Below, piece after piece: positions 18,575-27,995 of a DNA stretch of 64,000 bases. A program made the position numbers and the translations under genes. The notes under the pieces are model-generated. The model had not been told where the DNA came from. It ran no database searches and was given only the letters and a program-made list of their open reading frames with translations. Source of the DNA: an uncultured Halobacteriales archaeon (lineage in GTDB: Archaea > Thermoplasmatota > E2 > JACPAO01 > JAHFTW01); the NCBI GenBank assembly GCA_964627625.1, contig CAZVJB010000004.1:3995-67994 (forward strand), in the 5' to 3' direction. Every line of letters begins with the position of its first letter. The first letter of the stretch is position 1.

Positions 18575-18602
18575 AAATTCGTACACTCATTGGTGTGCGA
18601 TT
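18575..18602 (-). promoter_or_regulatory. conserved upstream motif of two-gene cassette (copy 1)
   Basis: AAATTCGTACACTCATTGGTGTGCGATT, near-identical to 40771-40799. Confidence 0.65.
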
Positions 18603-18627
18603 CCCCTTTCAAGGGCCTGGCCCTGGC

Positions 18628-19146
18628 ATGTTGGTGCTGGAGCTGCGCATCGACGGTTGGCGAAAGGGCATCCGCTTCAGTTCCGCCCACATCACGCCGG
18701 AACACAAGAAATGCGGCCGCCTGCATGGGCACACGTACGCCATCCACCTGCGCCTGCAGGGGAAGCAAGACGAGTGGGGCATGGTCCTGGACTTCGGCGT
18801 CATCACGGATACCCTGAAGGAAATTGGCGACGAGATGGACCACTTGGTCCTCGTCCCCACCGAGTCGAACCATTATTCGAACCTCAAGGTCACGAATAAG
18901 GATGTCAAGTTCCGCGTGACGGATCCGTACACCGGCGAGCCGAAGGAGTTCAGTTTCCCGCGCCAGGATTGCTTCCTCGTCCCCATGCCCTCGACGACGG
19001 CGGAGGACCTAGCGAAGTACGTGTACCAGCAATTCATGAAGCGCACCAAGTTCACGACCGACATGGCCTTCGTCGAGGTTGGTGTTGATGAGGGGTATGG
19101 GAAGGGTGCGTGGTATTCGGATGAGAAGAAAGTGAAGGGGAAGTAG
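18628..19146 (+). CDS. queD: 6-carboxytetrahydropterin synthase
   Basis: FSSAH, CGRLHGHTY, DH, TTAEDLA, VDEG. Confidence 0.92.
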   Translation: MLVLELRIDGWRKGIRFSSAHITPEHKKCGRLHGHTYAIHLRLQGKQDEWGMVLDFGVITDTLKEIGDEMDHLVLVPTESNHYSNLKVTNKDVKFRVTDPYTGEPKEFSFPRQDCFLVPMPSTTAEDLAKYVYQQFMKRTKFTTDMAFVEVGVDEGYGKGAWYSDEKKVKGK

Positions 19147-19200
19147 AGAATGGCCACCTGCAACGGCGGGCCGTGACTTTGATGCCGTGGTGACTTGCAA

Positions 19201-19632
19201 ATGAAAATGCGCTACGCGATTATTCTTGCCGTACTCGTGCCCTTGTCCGGTTGTTTTGCTGAATCAGGTACCGGTTGTAAGAAGTCACACGAAGAATTTC
19301 CGGCGGGCGGCGGTGTCTACAAGTTCTGCGATTACGAATTTCGATTCGATATTTCGACGAGTCAGCTTGTCGTTCAACATGCGGGAAGCGCAAACCTACA
19401 GTGGAAGCAACTGGAGGTGCGGGCAGACGGAGTGCTCCATGCGGCGCTGAACCGTTCCGCAACGGCAAACGATGTAGGCGGTCAGACGATTTGGTTTGGA
19501 CAAAGTGATTGGGGAACCATTAGGCAGGACCAATTCATCGGCCTGTGCGGACCGATAAAGCAAATTGCGCTGGCAGATGCCGCTTGGCAATTTGATGTTC
19601 CGCATGTCAACATGCAGCTGGAGTCATGCTAG
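19201..19632 (+). CDS. hypothetical lipoprotein
   Basis: LVPLSGC lipobox. Confidence 0.6.
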   Translation: MKMRYAIILAVLVPLSGCFAESGTGCKKSHEEFPAGGGVYKFCDYEFRFDISTSQLVVQHAGSANLQWKQLEVRADGVLHAALNRSATANDVGGQTIWFGQSDWGTIRQDQFIGLCGPIKQIALADAAWQFDVPHVNMQLESC

Positions 19633-20135
19633 AAATTGCAAGCCCCGTCATGGGGGACTCGGAGGGCCGTTTTGAGGAGCGGGATGCTTTGTCACAGCGT
19701 AGGCGCGGATGCTTCTCATGATGAAGCCGGCGGTCTGCCGCCCCCGCCGCCCACGTGAACCATCGGGCGTACCAAACCCGCCGAACAACGGGACGAGCGG
19801 ACCACGGAAGTCACGAACCTCACGGAAACCGGGGCGAACAAAGGCCCGCGCCAGGGCCCAAGCGTTGCGACGGCGGCGACTTCGAGTTGCAGGCCCTCAA
19901 GATGATGATTGAGGTCGTACTGGAATCGCCCCCGGCCGGGGCGAGCAGGCCGGCCGCAGGCGCGGCCAAGCGAGGGCTTGGCAGCCGACGCAGGCGAAAC
20001 CATGCGGATGGCGGGGCCGCCGGGGGCCTGCCTCCGTCGCCGCCCAGGTGAACGCCACTTCAAGAGTGCGCGTACTTTCACTGAAACCATTCATCATTAC
20101 GTAGACTTTTTCCTGTCCTCGCCATCACACTCCAC

Positions 20136-20387
20136 GTGACCCTTTACATCAGGCGCAGGCTGGAGCCATTCGGTCGCGACCTCATTTTTCCCTTCACGAA
20201 AGTAGAGGCCGCAGAACTCGGGATTCGAGCCGGCGATACCGTTCGCATCAAACTTTCCGTCGGACCCGCGGACGAAGTGGACGAAACAGGCAACCCAATT
20301 GCTTTCGTTGAGGCCCAGGTTCTCTCGCGAACACGAAAACGCACGAAGGCGCACCGACGCTCACGGAATCGACACGCTCGGCCTTAG
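20136..20387 (+). CDS. possible AbrB-like DNA-binding protein
   Basis: LIFPFTKVEAAELGIRAGDTVRIKL resembles the AbrB swapped hairpin. Confidence 0.45.
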   Translation: MTLYIRRRLEPFGRDLIFPFTKVEAAELGIRAGDTVRIKLSVGPADEVDETGNPIAFVEAQVLSRTRKRTKAHRRSRNRHARP

Positions 20388-21064
20388 GCCCCAGCGCCGC
20401 CAACGCCCATCGCATCCGCCAGAACGACAAGCCCGATGAGAACCCGGCCATCCAGAGGCGCAGCGGGATCGCGTTGCACGTCGTAGGTGTCGCCCCACAT
20501 CTGGAAACGCTCGCGGACCGTGGCAGCGGAGCGCGGTTGGCCTTGGTCAATCAAGTCGAGCCGGTAGCGCGCCGGGACGAATGTCGCGATGATGTCCCCC
20601 CACCGGCGCATGAAGGAACGGAAGCCGCCCTCCTCATGGTATTTGCCGCGCTCTTGCCCGGTCGCGTCGCAGATTGTCCACTCGTCCTTCAGTAAGGATT
20701 TCCAACCCTTGCGCCGCACGGATGCAAACGTTCCCCCGGTGCCGGAGTCGATTAGGACAAAATTGGCCGCAAAATCCATGATGCGCTGGGTCGCCATGCG
20801 AAAGAGTTCGACCTTCTCCTGCTCGTCGGCATAAAATCTGATGTCCTCCCGCAGGCGGAACATCTTCTGGCGGCAGAACGCGACAAGGTTGCCTTTGTCG
20901 TCGAGGATGCGGTATTGGCGGCCGAGCGAGAAGCGGCGTTCTTCGACGACGTAGCGCTCGTAGGCCCAGGGACCTGCCGTCGCAGCAGGGACGGAACCCA
21001 CATTGCGCACGGGAGGCGCCCATGTCGGGCTCTGAGTTTGGGCGACGGCGCGAGGGTCAGGCAT
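20384..21064 (-). CDS. LURP-one/scramblase (Tubby C2-like) family protein
   Basis: FCRQKMFRLREDIRFYADE, RRKGWKSLLKDEW, DGRVLIGLVVL. Confidence 0.8.
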   Translation of the reverse strand: MPDPRAVAQTQSPTWAPPVRNVGSVPAATAGPWAYERYVVEERRFSLGRQYRILDDKGNLVAFCRQKMFRLREDIRFYADEQEKVELFRMATQRIMDFAANFVLIDSGTGGTFASVRRKGWKSLLKDEWTICDATGQERGKYHEEGGFRSFMRRWGDIIATFVPARYRLDLIDQGQPRSAATVRERFQMWGDTYDVQRDPAAPLDGRVLIGLVVLADAMGVGGAGA

Positions 21065-21223
21065 GGCCTCGCACAGCCCGTCCGCCTCTTGAAATCGATT
21101 CCTGGCCGGGATGGTTCGGGCCCGTCTCCTTCCTGGGCGGCCGGCTGCGACGACGCGGGCAGCACGGGTGTGCAAATTTTCCACACCCCTGCCGATTATA
21201 TCGAACACCTTCGTCCCGTTGCT

Positions 21224-21916
21224 GTGGCCAAGCCCCGTGCCGTGGTCCTCCTTTCCGGGGGACTCGACTCCTGCACGGCGGCAGCGTGGGCCAAAGCCGA
21301 GGGCCACGACCTCGTGGCGCTCTCCTTCGATTACGGCCAGCGTCACCGAAAGGAGCTCGCGTCGGCTCGCAAGATTGCCGCCGCCCTGAATATCAAGGCG
21401 CACAAGGTCCTCAAAGTCCCGATTGGCGACCTCGGCGGGTCGGCACTTACCGACAAGACCATACCGATTCCCAATGCGCGCAAGAAGGGCAAGATGGGCG
21501 CTTCCATTCCGGTCACGTACGTTCCAGCCCGGAACACGATTTTCTTGTCCTTCGCGCTTGGTTACGCCGAAGTCGTTGGCGCGTCGGCCATCGTCATCGG
21601 CGCAAACCACCTCGACTACTCAGGCTACCCGGATTGCCGGCCGGAATTCCTCGCGGCATTCGAGACCATGGCCAACCTTGCCACCACGGCCGGCGTCGCA
21701 GGGCGAAGGGTCAAGGTCATGGCCCCGCTCCTGCAAAGCAGCAAGAGCGACATCGTGCGGCTCGCAATCCGGCTCAAGGCGCCTCTCCAACTTACGTGGA
21801 GCTGCTACCGCGGCGGCAAGCTGGCTTGCGGCACCTGCGAGTCTTGCGTCCTGCGCCTCGCTGGTTTTGCTGCAGCGGGCCGCAAGGATCCAATCGCGTA
21901 CCGGTTGGTGGCCTGA
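21224..21916 (+). CDS. queC: 7-cyano-7-deazaguanine synthase
   Basis: SGGLDS, YGQRH, TYVPARN, YPDCR, WSCY..CGTCESC. Confidence 0.97.
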   Translation: MAKPRAVVLLSGGLDSCTAAAWAKAEGHDLVALSFDYGQRHRKELASARKIAAALNIKAHKVLKVPIGDLGGSALTDKTIPIPNARKKGKMGASIPVTYVPARNTIFLSFALGYAEVVGASAIVIGANHLDYSGYPDCRPEFLAAFETMANLATTAGVAGRRVKVMAPLLQSSKSDIVRLAIRLKAPLQLTWSCYRGGKLACGTCESCVLRLAGFAAAGRKDPIAYRLVA

Positions 21917-22882
21917 GTGACGCCCTGGGACGAATTCGTAAACGACACGACGATTGTCCTCGCTCTTCTCGTCCTGGAGGCCGTGCTGTCGTTCGACAAT
22001 GCGGCCGTCCTTGCCGCCATGGTGCGCAAACTTCCAATGAAGGACCGCCGCAAGGCCCTCCTCTACGGCCTTGGGGGGGCGTACGGCCTGCGCATCGCAG
22101 CCATCCTGCTTGCCTCGTTCCTGATTGCCAACCCGATCCTCAAGGTCTTGGGCGGTGGATACCTCATTTTCATCGGTGTGAAGCATTTCGTGGCTTTGGC
22201 GCGGCATAAGGGGGGCGGTGCCAAGCATGTCACCGGCGGCGGCGGCATGTGGTTGCGTCTGGGTATCCCTGCCCTTGTGGCCACCATCATTCAAATCGAA
22301 ATTATGGACCTGGCCTTCGCCGTGGACCAAGTAATCGTCGCCGTCGCCTTCACCGAAAAAATCCCGCTCATCATTATCGCGAGCATGATTGGCATCCTCT
22401 TCCTGCGACTTGCCGCCGCCGTCGTCGCCCGCATCATGGACTGGCTCCCGACGCTCGAACATTTGGCGTTCGTTGCTGTCATCTATGTGGGGATCAAACT
22501 CATTCTGCTCTACCCGTTCTTCGTGACCGGCGCCGTGATGGGGGACATTCACGGGCCGAGCCAGGAGATTATCGGGGGCGCATGCCGCGTATCATTCATC
22601 CCGGTCGAGCACGAAGTTGCCGTCGGCGCCCAGCCGGGCTGTGAAATTCCCACGCCAATATCTATCGGGATTACGCTAGGGCTCTTTGGCATCCCAATCA
22701 TCATGAAACTCCTCTTCGGCTTCCCACGCAGCGAACCAGGCAGCCACCCGGCCGCCTCCAGCCTTGATCCTCCGCCGACAACGCCCGACCCAGTCAAACT
22801 CGGCGTCGCACATACTGAAATCAAATCGGGGACCCGCGAAATCGACGGCGTCCTTGAGCCACCGCGGCGCCCTGAGTCGTAG
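21917..22882 (+). CDS. TerC family integral membrane protein
   Basis: LEAVLSFDNAAV, EIMDLAFAVDQ, IGILFLR. Confidence 0.9.
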   Translation: MTPWDEFVNDTTIVLALLVLEAVLSFDNAAVLAAMVRKLPMKDRRKALLYGLGGAYGLRIAAILLASFLIANPILKVLGGGYLIFIGVKHFVALARHKGGGAKHVTGGGGMWLRLGIPALVATIIQIEIMDLAFAVDQVIVAVAFTEKIPLIIIASMIGILFLRLAAAVVARIMDWLPTLEHLAFVAVIYVGIKLILLYPFFVTGAVMGDIHGPSQEIIGGACRVSFIPVEHEVAVGAQPGCEIPTPISIGITLGLFGIPIIMKLLFGFPRSEPGSHPAASSLDPPPTTPDPVKLGVAHTEIKSGTREIDGVLEPPRRPES

Positions 22883-22939
22883 CCGGCGCACGCGACCGCA
22901 GCCCCAACGCGTAAATCGTGCCTTGATGTCGGACACCGC

Positions 22940-23593
22940 GTGCAGGTAACGGAGGTCTTCTACTCAATTCAGGGGGAAGGCCGCCGCATGGGCATCCCCA
23001 CGACGTTCGTGCGTTCGACGGGTTGCCACCTGCGTTGTGTGTGGTGCGACGCCGCGTACGCATTCTACGGCGGCAGCAAGAAGTCGCTAGACGAACTTAT
23101 GGCCGAAGTCGCACGCCAGCCGACGAGGGAGGTCTGCTTCACGGGCGGAGAGCCGCTGCTGCAGAAAGATGCCTGGGAGTTCGTGGCCCGCCTCCTGGAT
23201 TCCGGCTACTCCGTTCTGATTGAGACGTCCGGCAACATCAGTTTCGCCGCAGCGAACAAATTCCCCGCCGAACAACGCGGCCGGCTCTGCATCAGCATGG
23301 ACGTCAAGTGCCCCGGCTCCGGCATGGCGGACAAGAACGACCTCGCCTTGCTGCAGGATTTACGGGCCCCGGATCAACTCAAATTCGTGGTCGCCGACAG
23401 GGCCGACTTCGATTTTGCGGCCGCCGTCGTGCGCGAGCACGGACCCTTCCCGTGTCCGGTTTACCTCAACCCCGTGGGCGGACTCGACCCGAAGAACATC
23501 ACGGAATGGCTGCTGTCCGAAAAGGAGCCGCTTGTCGTCCATGTCGGCGTCCAGTTGCATAAGTTGGTGTGGGGAGACGTGGCGGGCCGCTGA
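22940..23593 (+). CDS. queE: 7-carboxy-7-deazaguanine synthase (radical SAM)
   Basis: EVFYSIQGEG, CHLRCVWCD, TGGEPL, QLHK. Confidence 0.95.
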   Translation: MQVTEVFYSIQGEGRRMGIPTTFVRSTGCHLRCVWCDAAYAFYGGSKKSLDELMAEVARQPTREVCFTGGEPLLQKDAWEFVARLLDSGYSVLIETSGNISFAAANKFPAEQRGRLCISMDVKCPGSGMADKNDLALLQDLRAPDQLKFVVADRADFDFAAAVVREHGPFPCPVYLNPVGGLDPKNITEWLLSEKEPLVVHVGVQLHKLVWGDVAGR

Positions 23594-23635
23594 TTGCGGA
23601 TTCCACAGATGGCCCGGGCCGCCACCGATTGCCAG

Positions 23636-24400
23636 TCATGCCACGGCATCCATGTTGAGCCGCCAATAATCCAACGAAAACGGCGGCGCATCACGCGCAG
23701 CCTGCTCGACGATGCGGTCCATGAAGGCCCTGCGCTCGGCTTCATGTCCGATGCGGGCAAGGTGCGGCCGCAGGACTATTCCTGCTACGAAATCGCGAAA
23801 CTCGGCTGCATCGGCAAACCGCGTCGACTTTTCCTCAAGCCATACTTCAATGTCGCCGAAGCCGGCCGCTGCGAGCCGCCGCCTCGCCGTGGCCACATCT
23901 TGAAACTCCCATGGCTCGACCCAATCTTTGAACCAAGGCGCAAACGCGTCGTCGCACATCAGGTCGGCCGCTCGCTTGTGCAGGCGTTCCAGGTTGGGCC
24001 CGCCGCCGCATTGCGCGTGGAGCCGACCGCCGTCACGAAGCGCGTGGTGCAACTCGTTGAAGAGGCGCCGCTGGTCTAGGATCCAATGAAAGGCGGCCGT
24101 GCTGAATACCAGATCGAAAACGTGGGCGAAGGGCAACGACAAGAGGTCGGCGCGCACGACGTCGGCAGCGCCGGCGAGGTGGATACGCGCCTCCTTTGCC
24201 ATGCTCGCCGACAGGTCGACGGCCACGACGCGGCCCCTGGGGACGCGCTTGGCAAGCTCCGCCGTAAGACGGCCAGAGCCACAACCGGCATCCAAGACAC
24301 GCTCAGTCCCTGCGAGCTGCACGCGCTGCAGCACTTGCAGTCCCCACTCGAATTGCGGGCTTGCGACGCGGTGGTACAGCTCGCCATCCCAATCGGCCAC
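23636..24400 (-). CDS. class I SAM methyltransferase (Tam-like)
   Basis: VLDAGCGSG, FSTAAFHW, DYWRLN. Confidence 0.88.
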   Translation of the reverse strand: MADWDGELYHRVASPQFEWGLQVLQRVQLAGTERVLDAGCGSGRLTAELAKRVPRGRVVAVDLSASMAKEARIHLAGAADVVRADLLSLPFAHVFDLVFSTAAFHWILDQRRLFNELHHALRDGGRLHAQCGGGPNLERLHKRAADLMCDDAFAPWFKDWVEPWEFQDVATARRRLAAAGFGDIEVWLEEKSTRFADAAEFRDFVAGIVLRPHLARIGHEAERRAFMDRIVEQAARDAPPFSLDYWRLNMDAVA

Positions 24401-24423
24401 GCCGGGGCATGCGTGGGCGTCGC

Positions 24424-25068
24424 TTATTCCTGTTTGGCTTCCGGTTCGGCCGCGCGGCGCTTACGGGCGCGTAGAAGTTCGTAGACGATGTAGGCGACGA
24501 TGAGGACCAATAATCCGAGCCCGACGAGGTCGAGGTAGGGCTTCGCGGCAATCGCGGCGGAATCGCCGAACTGGTAACCAATCCAGAACAGGAACATGTT
24601 CCAGATTGTGGCGCCCACGAAGGTGGCAAGCAGGAAGGGGCGCAGCGGCATGCGGGCCGAACCCGCGGGAATGGAAATGACGTGGCGCACGCCGGGGATG
24701 AAACGGCAGATGAAAATCGCCCAGGCGCCGCGGCGCTCGAACCACCGGTGCGCGGCCTCGATGTGGTGCTTGTGCACGAAGACATACTTGCCATAGCGCT
24801 CCACCATGGGAAGCAATCCGTATGCCCCCATGAGGTAACTGAGGTAGGAGCCGACGATGGAGCCGAGCGACGACGCGAGAATGACCGCCCACATGTTCAT
24901 CTCGCCTTGCTGGACCAGGTACCCAGCAAGCGGCATGACCGCCTCACTTGGCACGGGGAAAACCATGGATTCCATTGCCATGAGGAGAAATACCCCAAGT
25001 GGGCCCAGGCTCGTCATGACATCGGCGGCAAACTGTGAGAGCCACGCAAGGATGTCGCCGATTCCCAC
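24424..25068 (-). CDS. DedA family membrane protein
   Basis: ESMVFPVPSE, RFIPGVRHVISIPAG. Confidence 0.95.
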   Translation of the reverse strand: MGIGDILAWLSQFAADVMTSLGPLGVFLLMAMESMVFPVPSEAVMPLAGYLVQQGEMNMWAVILASSLGSIVGSYLSYLMGAYGLLPMVERYGKYVFVHKHHIEAAHRWFERRGAWAIFICRFIPGVRHVISIPAGSARMPLRPFLLATFVGATIWNMFLFWIGYQFGDSAAIAAKPYLDLVGLGLLVLIVAYIVYELLRARKRRAAEPEAKQE

Positions 25069-25255
25069 GAACCGGGCAGGCAGACCGGCGCTAAGGATGT
25101 TCAGGTTGATTGGGTAGCGGAACCAAGGCTCCGCCGGGCGTGGCGGATGCTAGGAGGCCGACTGAGGCGTGCCCGGAGGGCACGGCGAGGGAGGCCGACG
25201 CCGCAGCCGGCCGCCCGGCGAAGCCGCAGGTGCTACACAATCAATCTGGACGTCC

Positions 25256-25840
25256 CTAAAGGCCTGCGGCGACAGCGGCAAGTTGCAGAGCGAAGAGGAA
25301 CAGGAGGTCGGCACTTACGACTTCAAGGACTGCCGGGAACCACTGCCACCGCTGGGCGCCCCGCGACACGAGGAAACTGAAGGTGAACACCCAGCCGAAG
25401 ATTGCCACCATGAAACCCGCAACGCCCCATGCGCCTTGGGCTCCCAAAAACGTCGTTCCTGCGCCGATCCACCATGCGTACTGAAATGGATTCGTTAGGG
25501 TGACCGCCCAGACCGCCCATGGCCCTGCAAGTTGGCGGGTGCCGGCGCGCAGTCGGACCGTATCCCAGGCCAGGTAGGCCATGAGAAGGGCGCCGACGGC
25601 CGCTAACCATGGTGCTACGGCCTCGAGGTGAACAAGCCGCGGCAGGCCGACGAGGACGAGAACCATGTAGGCCGTATCAACGATTGGCGCGGGGATTCCG
25701 GCGCGCACCCCGGCCGCCATGCCGTGCCGGCTTGACTCTCTGGCAATCAGCGCATTGACGGGGCCCGGCGGGCCGGCAAGGCTGGCACCGAGGGCGAAGC
25801 CGAGGGCAAGATGGACGATGGGCCCGAAGGCCTCGGCCAA
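25256..25840 (-). CDS. LysE family translocator
   Basis: AGPPGPVN, TLTNPFQYAWW. Confidence 0.9.
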   Translation of the reverse strand: MAEAFGPIVHLALGFALGASLAGPPGPVNALIARESSRHGMAAGVRAGIPAPIVDTAYMVLVLVGLPRLVHLEAVAPWLAAVGALLMAYLAWDTVRLRAGTRQLAGPWAVWAVTLTNPFQYAWWIGAGTTFLGAQGAWGVAGFMVAIFGWVFTFSFLVSRGAQRWQWFPAVLEVVSADLLFLFALQLAAVAAGL

Positions 25841-25841
25841 T

Positions 25842-26399
25842 TCAGTAATGGTAGTCGCGCTCGTTCTCCGGCTCTAGGTCGACGCCGAGGCCGATTGCGA
25901 GCCGGTTTGCGAAGTTGAAGTAGCCGACGATTTGCGCCGCCTGGAGAATCTCTTCGTCCTTGAGCCCGGCTTTCCGCAGCGCCTCGGCCTGTTTGGCGAC
26001 GCCTTTTGCGGGGTTGGCGGTGAGGGCGACGGCGTATTCGACAAGGACTTTTTCGCGCGGCGTCTTGGCGGATTTTGGAGCGTCCTTCACGACCGCTGCG
26101 ACCCATTGCGCGTCTTGGGCATGCCGCAACAGGGCTTCCTGGTGGTGGGTCGTGCAGTAGACATCGCCATTAGCGGCTGAGACGGCGACCGCGATGATTT
26201 CGGCTTCCTGCCGGGACAAGCCGCCCTTGCCGAAGACCGTCGTCATGTAGAGATCAAGATGGGCCCGCATCGCCTTCGGATTGAGGCTATTGAGGCGCAG
26301 GATATTGGACACGCGGCCTCGGTTGCGCTGGATCTCGTCGTAGATCTCGAACAGCTTACCCTCGGCATCATCTTCAGAAATGGTGCGGATATAGGCCAC
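25842..26399 (-). CDS. AhpD/CMD-like peroxidase-related enzyme
   Basis: EIIAVAVSAANGDVYCTTHH, GYFNFANR. Confidence 0.9.
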   Translation of the reverse strand: MAYIRTISEDDAEGKLFEIYDEIQRNRGRVSNILRLNSLNPKAMRAHLDLYMTTVFGKGGLSRQEAEIIAVAVSAANGDVYCTTHHQEALLRHAQDAQWVAAVVKDAPKSAKTPREKVLVEYAVALTANPAKGVAKQAEALRKAGLKDEEILQAAQIVGYFNFANRLAIGLGVDLEPENERDYHY

Positions 26400-26461
26400 G
26401 GCGTCCTGACCCGCGTTCCATAGAAAACGGTTCGGGAACCGGAATCGAGACCTACAAGCCC

Positions 26462-27094
26462 CTACTTGTTGTTCGTCCGGCGGGACAGCCACAGGACCCG
26501 CGCGGCGACGGAACAGTAGGGCGACCAGGCTGGCTGCTTTGCCATCATGTAGGCTGCAGCCGCGTCCGGGTCAATGCCGTATGCGTTGGCGACCGCCAGC
26601 CGAAGACCTAGGTCCTCAGGCGCAAGTACATCGGGCCGTTCCAGGTGGAACATGAGGAACATCTTTGCCGTCCAGGCACCGATGCCCTTCACGGCCGTGA
26701 GTTCCTCGATGATTGCGTCGTCCGGCAGCGCGCCGAATTTGGCGAATTCGACGTCTCCGCGAATGGTCTGTTCGGCCAAATCGAGGACGTAGGCGGATTT
26801 TCCGCGCGATAGGCCAGCGGCGCGGAATTCCTCAGGCGTTCGGTTGAGCACCCGCCTGGGCGTGACCTTGCCGCCGAGAAGTTTGACGACCCGGCCATGG
26901 ATGGTCTGGCCGGCCGCGAGTGACACTTGTTGATGTGTGATTGATTGAACGAGCGCAGAAAAACCATCGGCGCCGGCTATTGGCGGCTCCGCCGGGATGC
27001 GATTTTTCCGGCTGAGAGCCGCGAGGACCTTGTCGGTGTTTGCCCAGTGTTTCTCGGCGACGGGTTGCAGGCTGCGCAAGGTCGCGTTGGTCAT
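26462..27094 (-). CDS. alkA: DNA-3-methyladenine glycosylase (AlkA, HhH-GPD)
   Basis: QQVS, VKGIGAWTA, EDLGLR, WSPY. Confidence 0.92.
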   Translation of the reverse strand: MTNATLRSLQPVAEKHWANTDKVLAALSRKNRIPAEPPIAGADGFSALVQSITHQQVSLAAGQTIHGRVVKLLGGKVTPRRVLNRTPEEFRAAGLSRGKSAYVLDLAEQTIRGDVEFAKFGALPDDAIIEELTAVKGIGAWTAKMFLMFHLERPDVLAPEDLGLRLAVANAYGIDPDAAAAYMMAKQPAWSPYCSVAARVLWLSRRTNNK

Positions 27095-27720
27095 GCCGCA
27101 TCAGGGCGGCGCCAGGGCGGGTAGCGATTCACGAGCAGCAGGGCAACGCCGAAAATGAACAGGGCGTTCACGACATGCAGCCCGGCGACGGCAAGAAGCG
27201 CCGGCGACGGCGGGGGGTCCAAGGTCCTGATGGCCGCAAAACCATACTGCGCCACGACTGCGAGCAGCAGGCCGACACTCCACCAGCCGGCCGCCTTGCG
27301 ACCGCCGAGGAAGGCGAAAGCAATCATGCCGACGGGAATGATTTCGATGACGTGGACGAATTGCTTGTGCCAATCTATCGAATCGAGGGCGCCGAAAAGG
27401 TTCGCGCCGGCCAAGTACACCTGGATGACCACGGCAATGAGGAACGCGACTGCGAACCACGGGAAGACGCTCGCCGAGCGGCGACGCCAACGCGGCAACC
27501 CTTCGCGAGGAGCGGCGAGTGACTCGGGCTGCCAAATGGTTTCCTGGCCCTGCGCTTCGTCAGGAGTCGGCCGTGCCGCACGGGGCACTTCTTCGACGAC
27601 GGGAAGTTCGAAGACTTGTTCCGAGCGAGGTGAGGAAATAATGGTCTCGGGCCCCGTCTCGACCGGGACCGCGACCCGTTTCTTGGCTTTCGACTTTGAC
27701 GGACTGAGGCGGCGGGCCAC
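27091..27720 (-). CDS. membrane protein (DUF6220-like C-terminal 4-TM domain)
   Basis: QVYLAG, WH, GLHVVNAL; disordered N-terminus. Confidence 0.65.
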   Translation of the reverse strand: MARRLSPSKSKAKKRVAVPVETGPETIISSPRSEQVFELPVVEEVPRAARPTPDEAQGQETIWQPESLAAPREGLPRWRRRSASVFPWFAVAFLIAVVIQVYLAGANLFGALDSIDWHKQFVHVIEIIPVGMIAFAFLGGRKAAGWWSVGLLLAVVAQYGFAAIRTLDPPPSPALLAVAGLHVVNALFIFGVALLLVNRYPPWRRPDAA

Positions 27721-27787
27721 GGGGTCGCAAGGCGACAGCGGGCCTTCACCCCTTCGGCGGAAGCGCGACGCTGGACCGATGGCCGGC

Positions 27788-27994
27788 TCAGGCGGCAAGA
27801 GCAGGCATTGCAACCAGGGGGGTCCCCACGGGCGGCAGTACCATGACGACGGTTTCCTGGCCGTTCTCGATGGGCTTGATGCGGGGTTTCCAGCTTCGGA
27901 CTTCCGTCATCGGGACGTGGAGGGCCATGATGCGTGCCAGCAGGGGGAGGTCTTGAGGGCTTCGGCGAGGTGCGTGAAGGTTTCGCTCGCGCAC
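27788..27994 (-). CDS. small hypothetical protein
   Basis: GTG immediately after ligase stop; no motif. Confidence 0.35.
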   Translation of the reverse strand: MRERNLHAPRRSPQDLPLLARIMALHVPMTEVRSWKPRIKPIENGQETVVMVLPPVGTPLVAMPALAA

Positions 27995-27995
27995 T

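Noticed and set aside
19709..20100. Short ORFs between the lipoprotein and the AbrB-like gene
   Set aside because: Low-complexity translations in competing frames; no supportable call
16253..23593. Dpd 7-deazaguanine DNA-modification system
   Set aside because: No dpdA/TGT-like or dpdB-K genes; mptA/queCDE are explained by archaeosine and pterin synthesis
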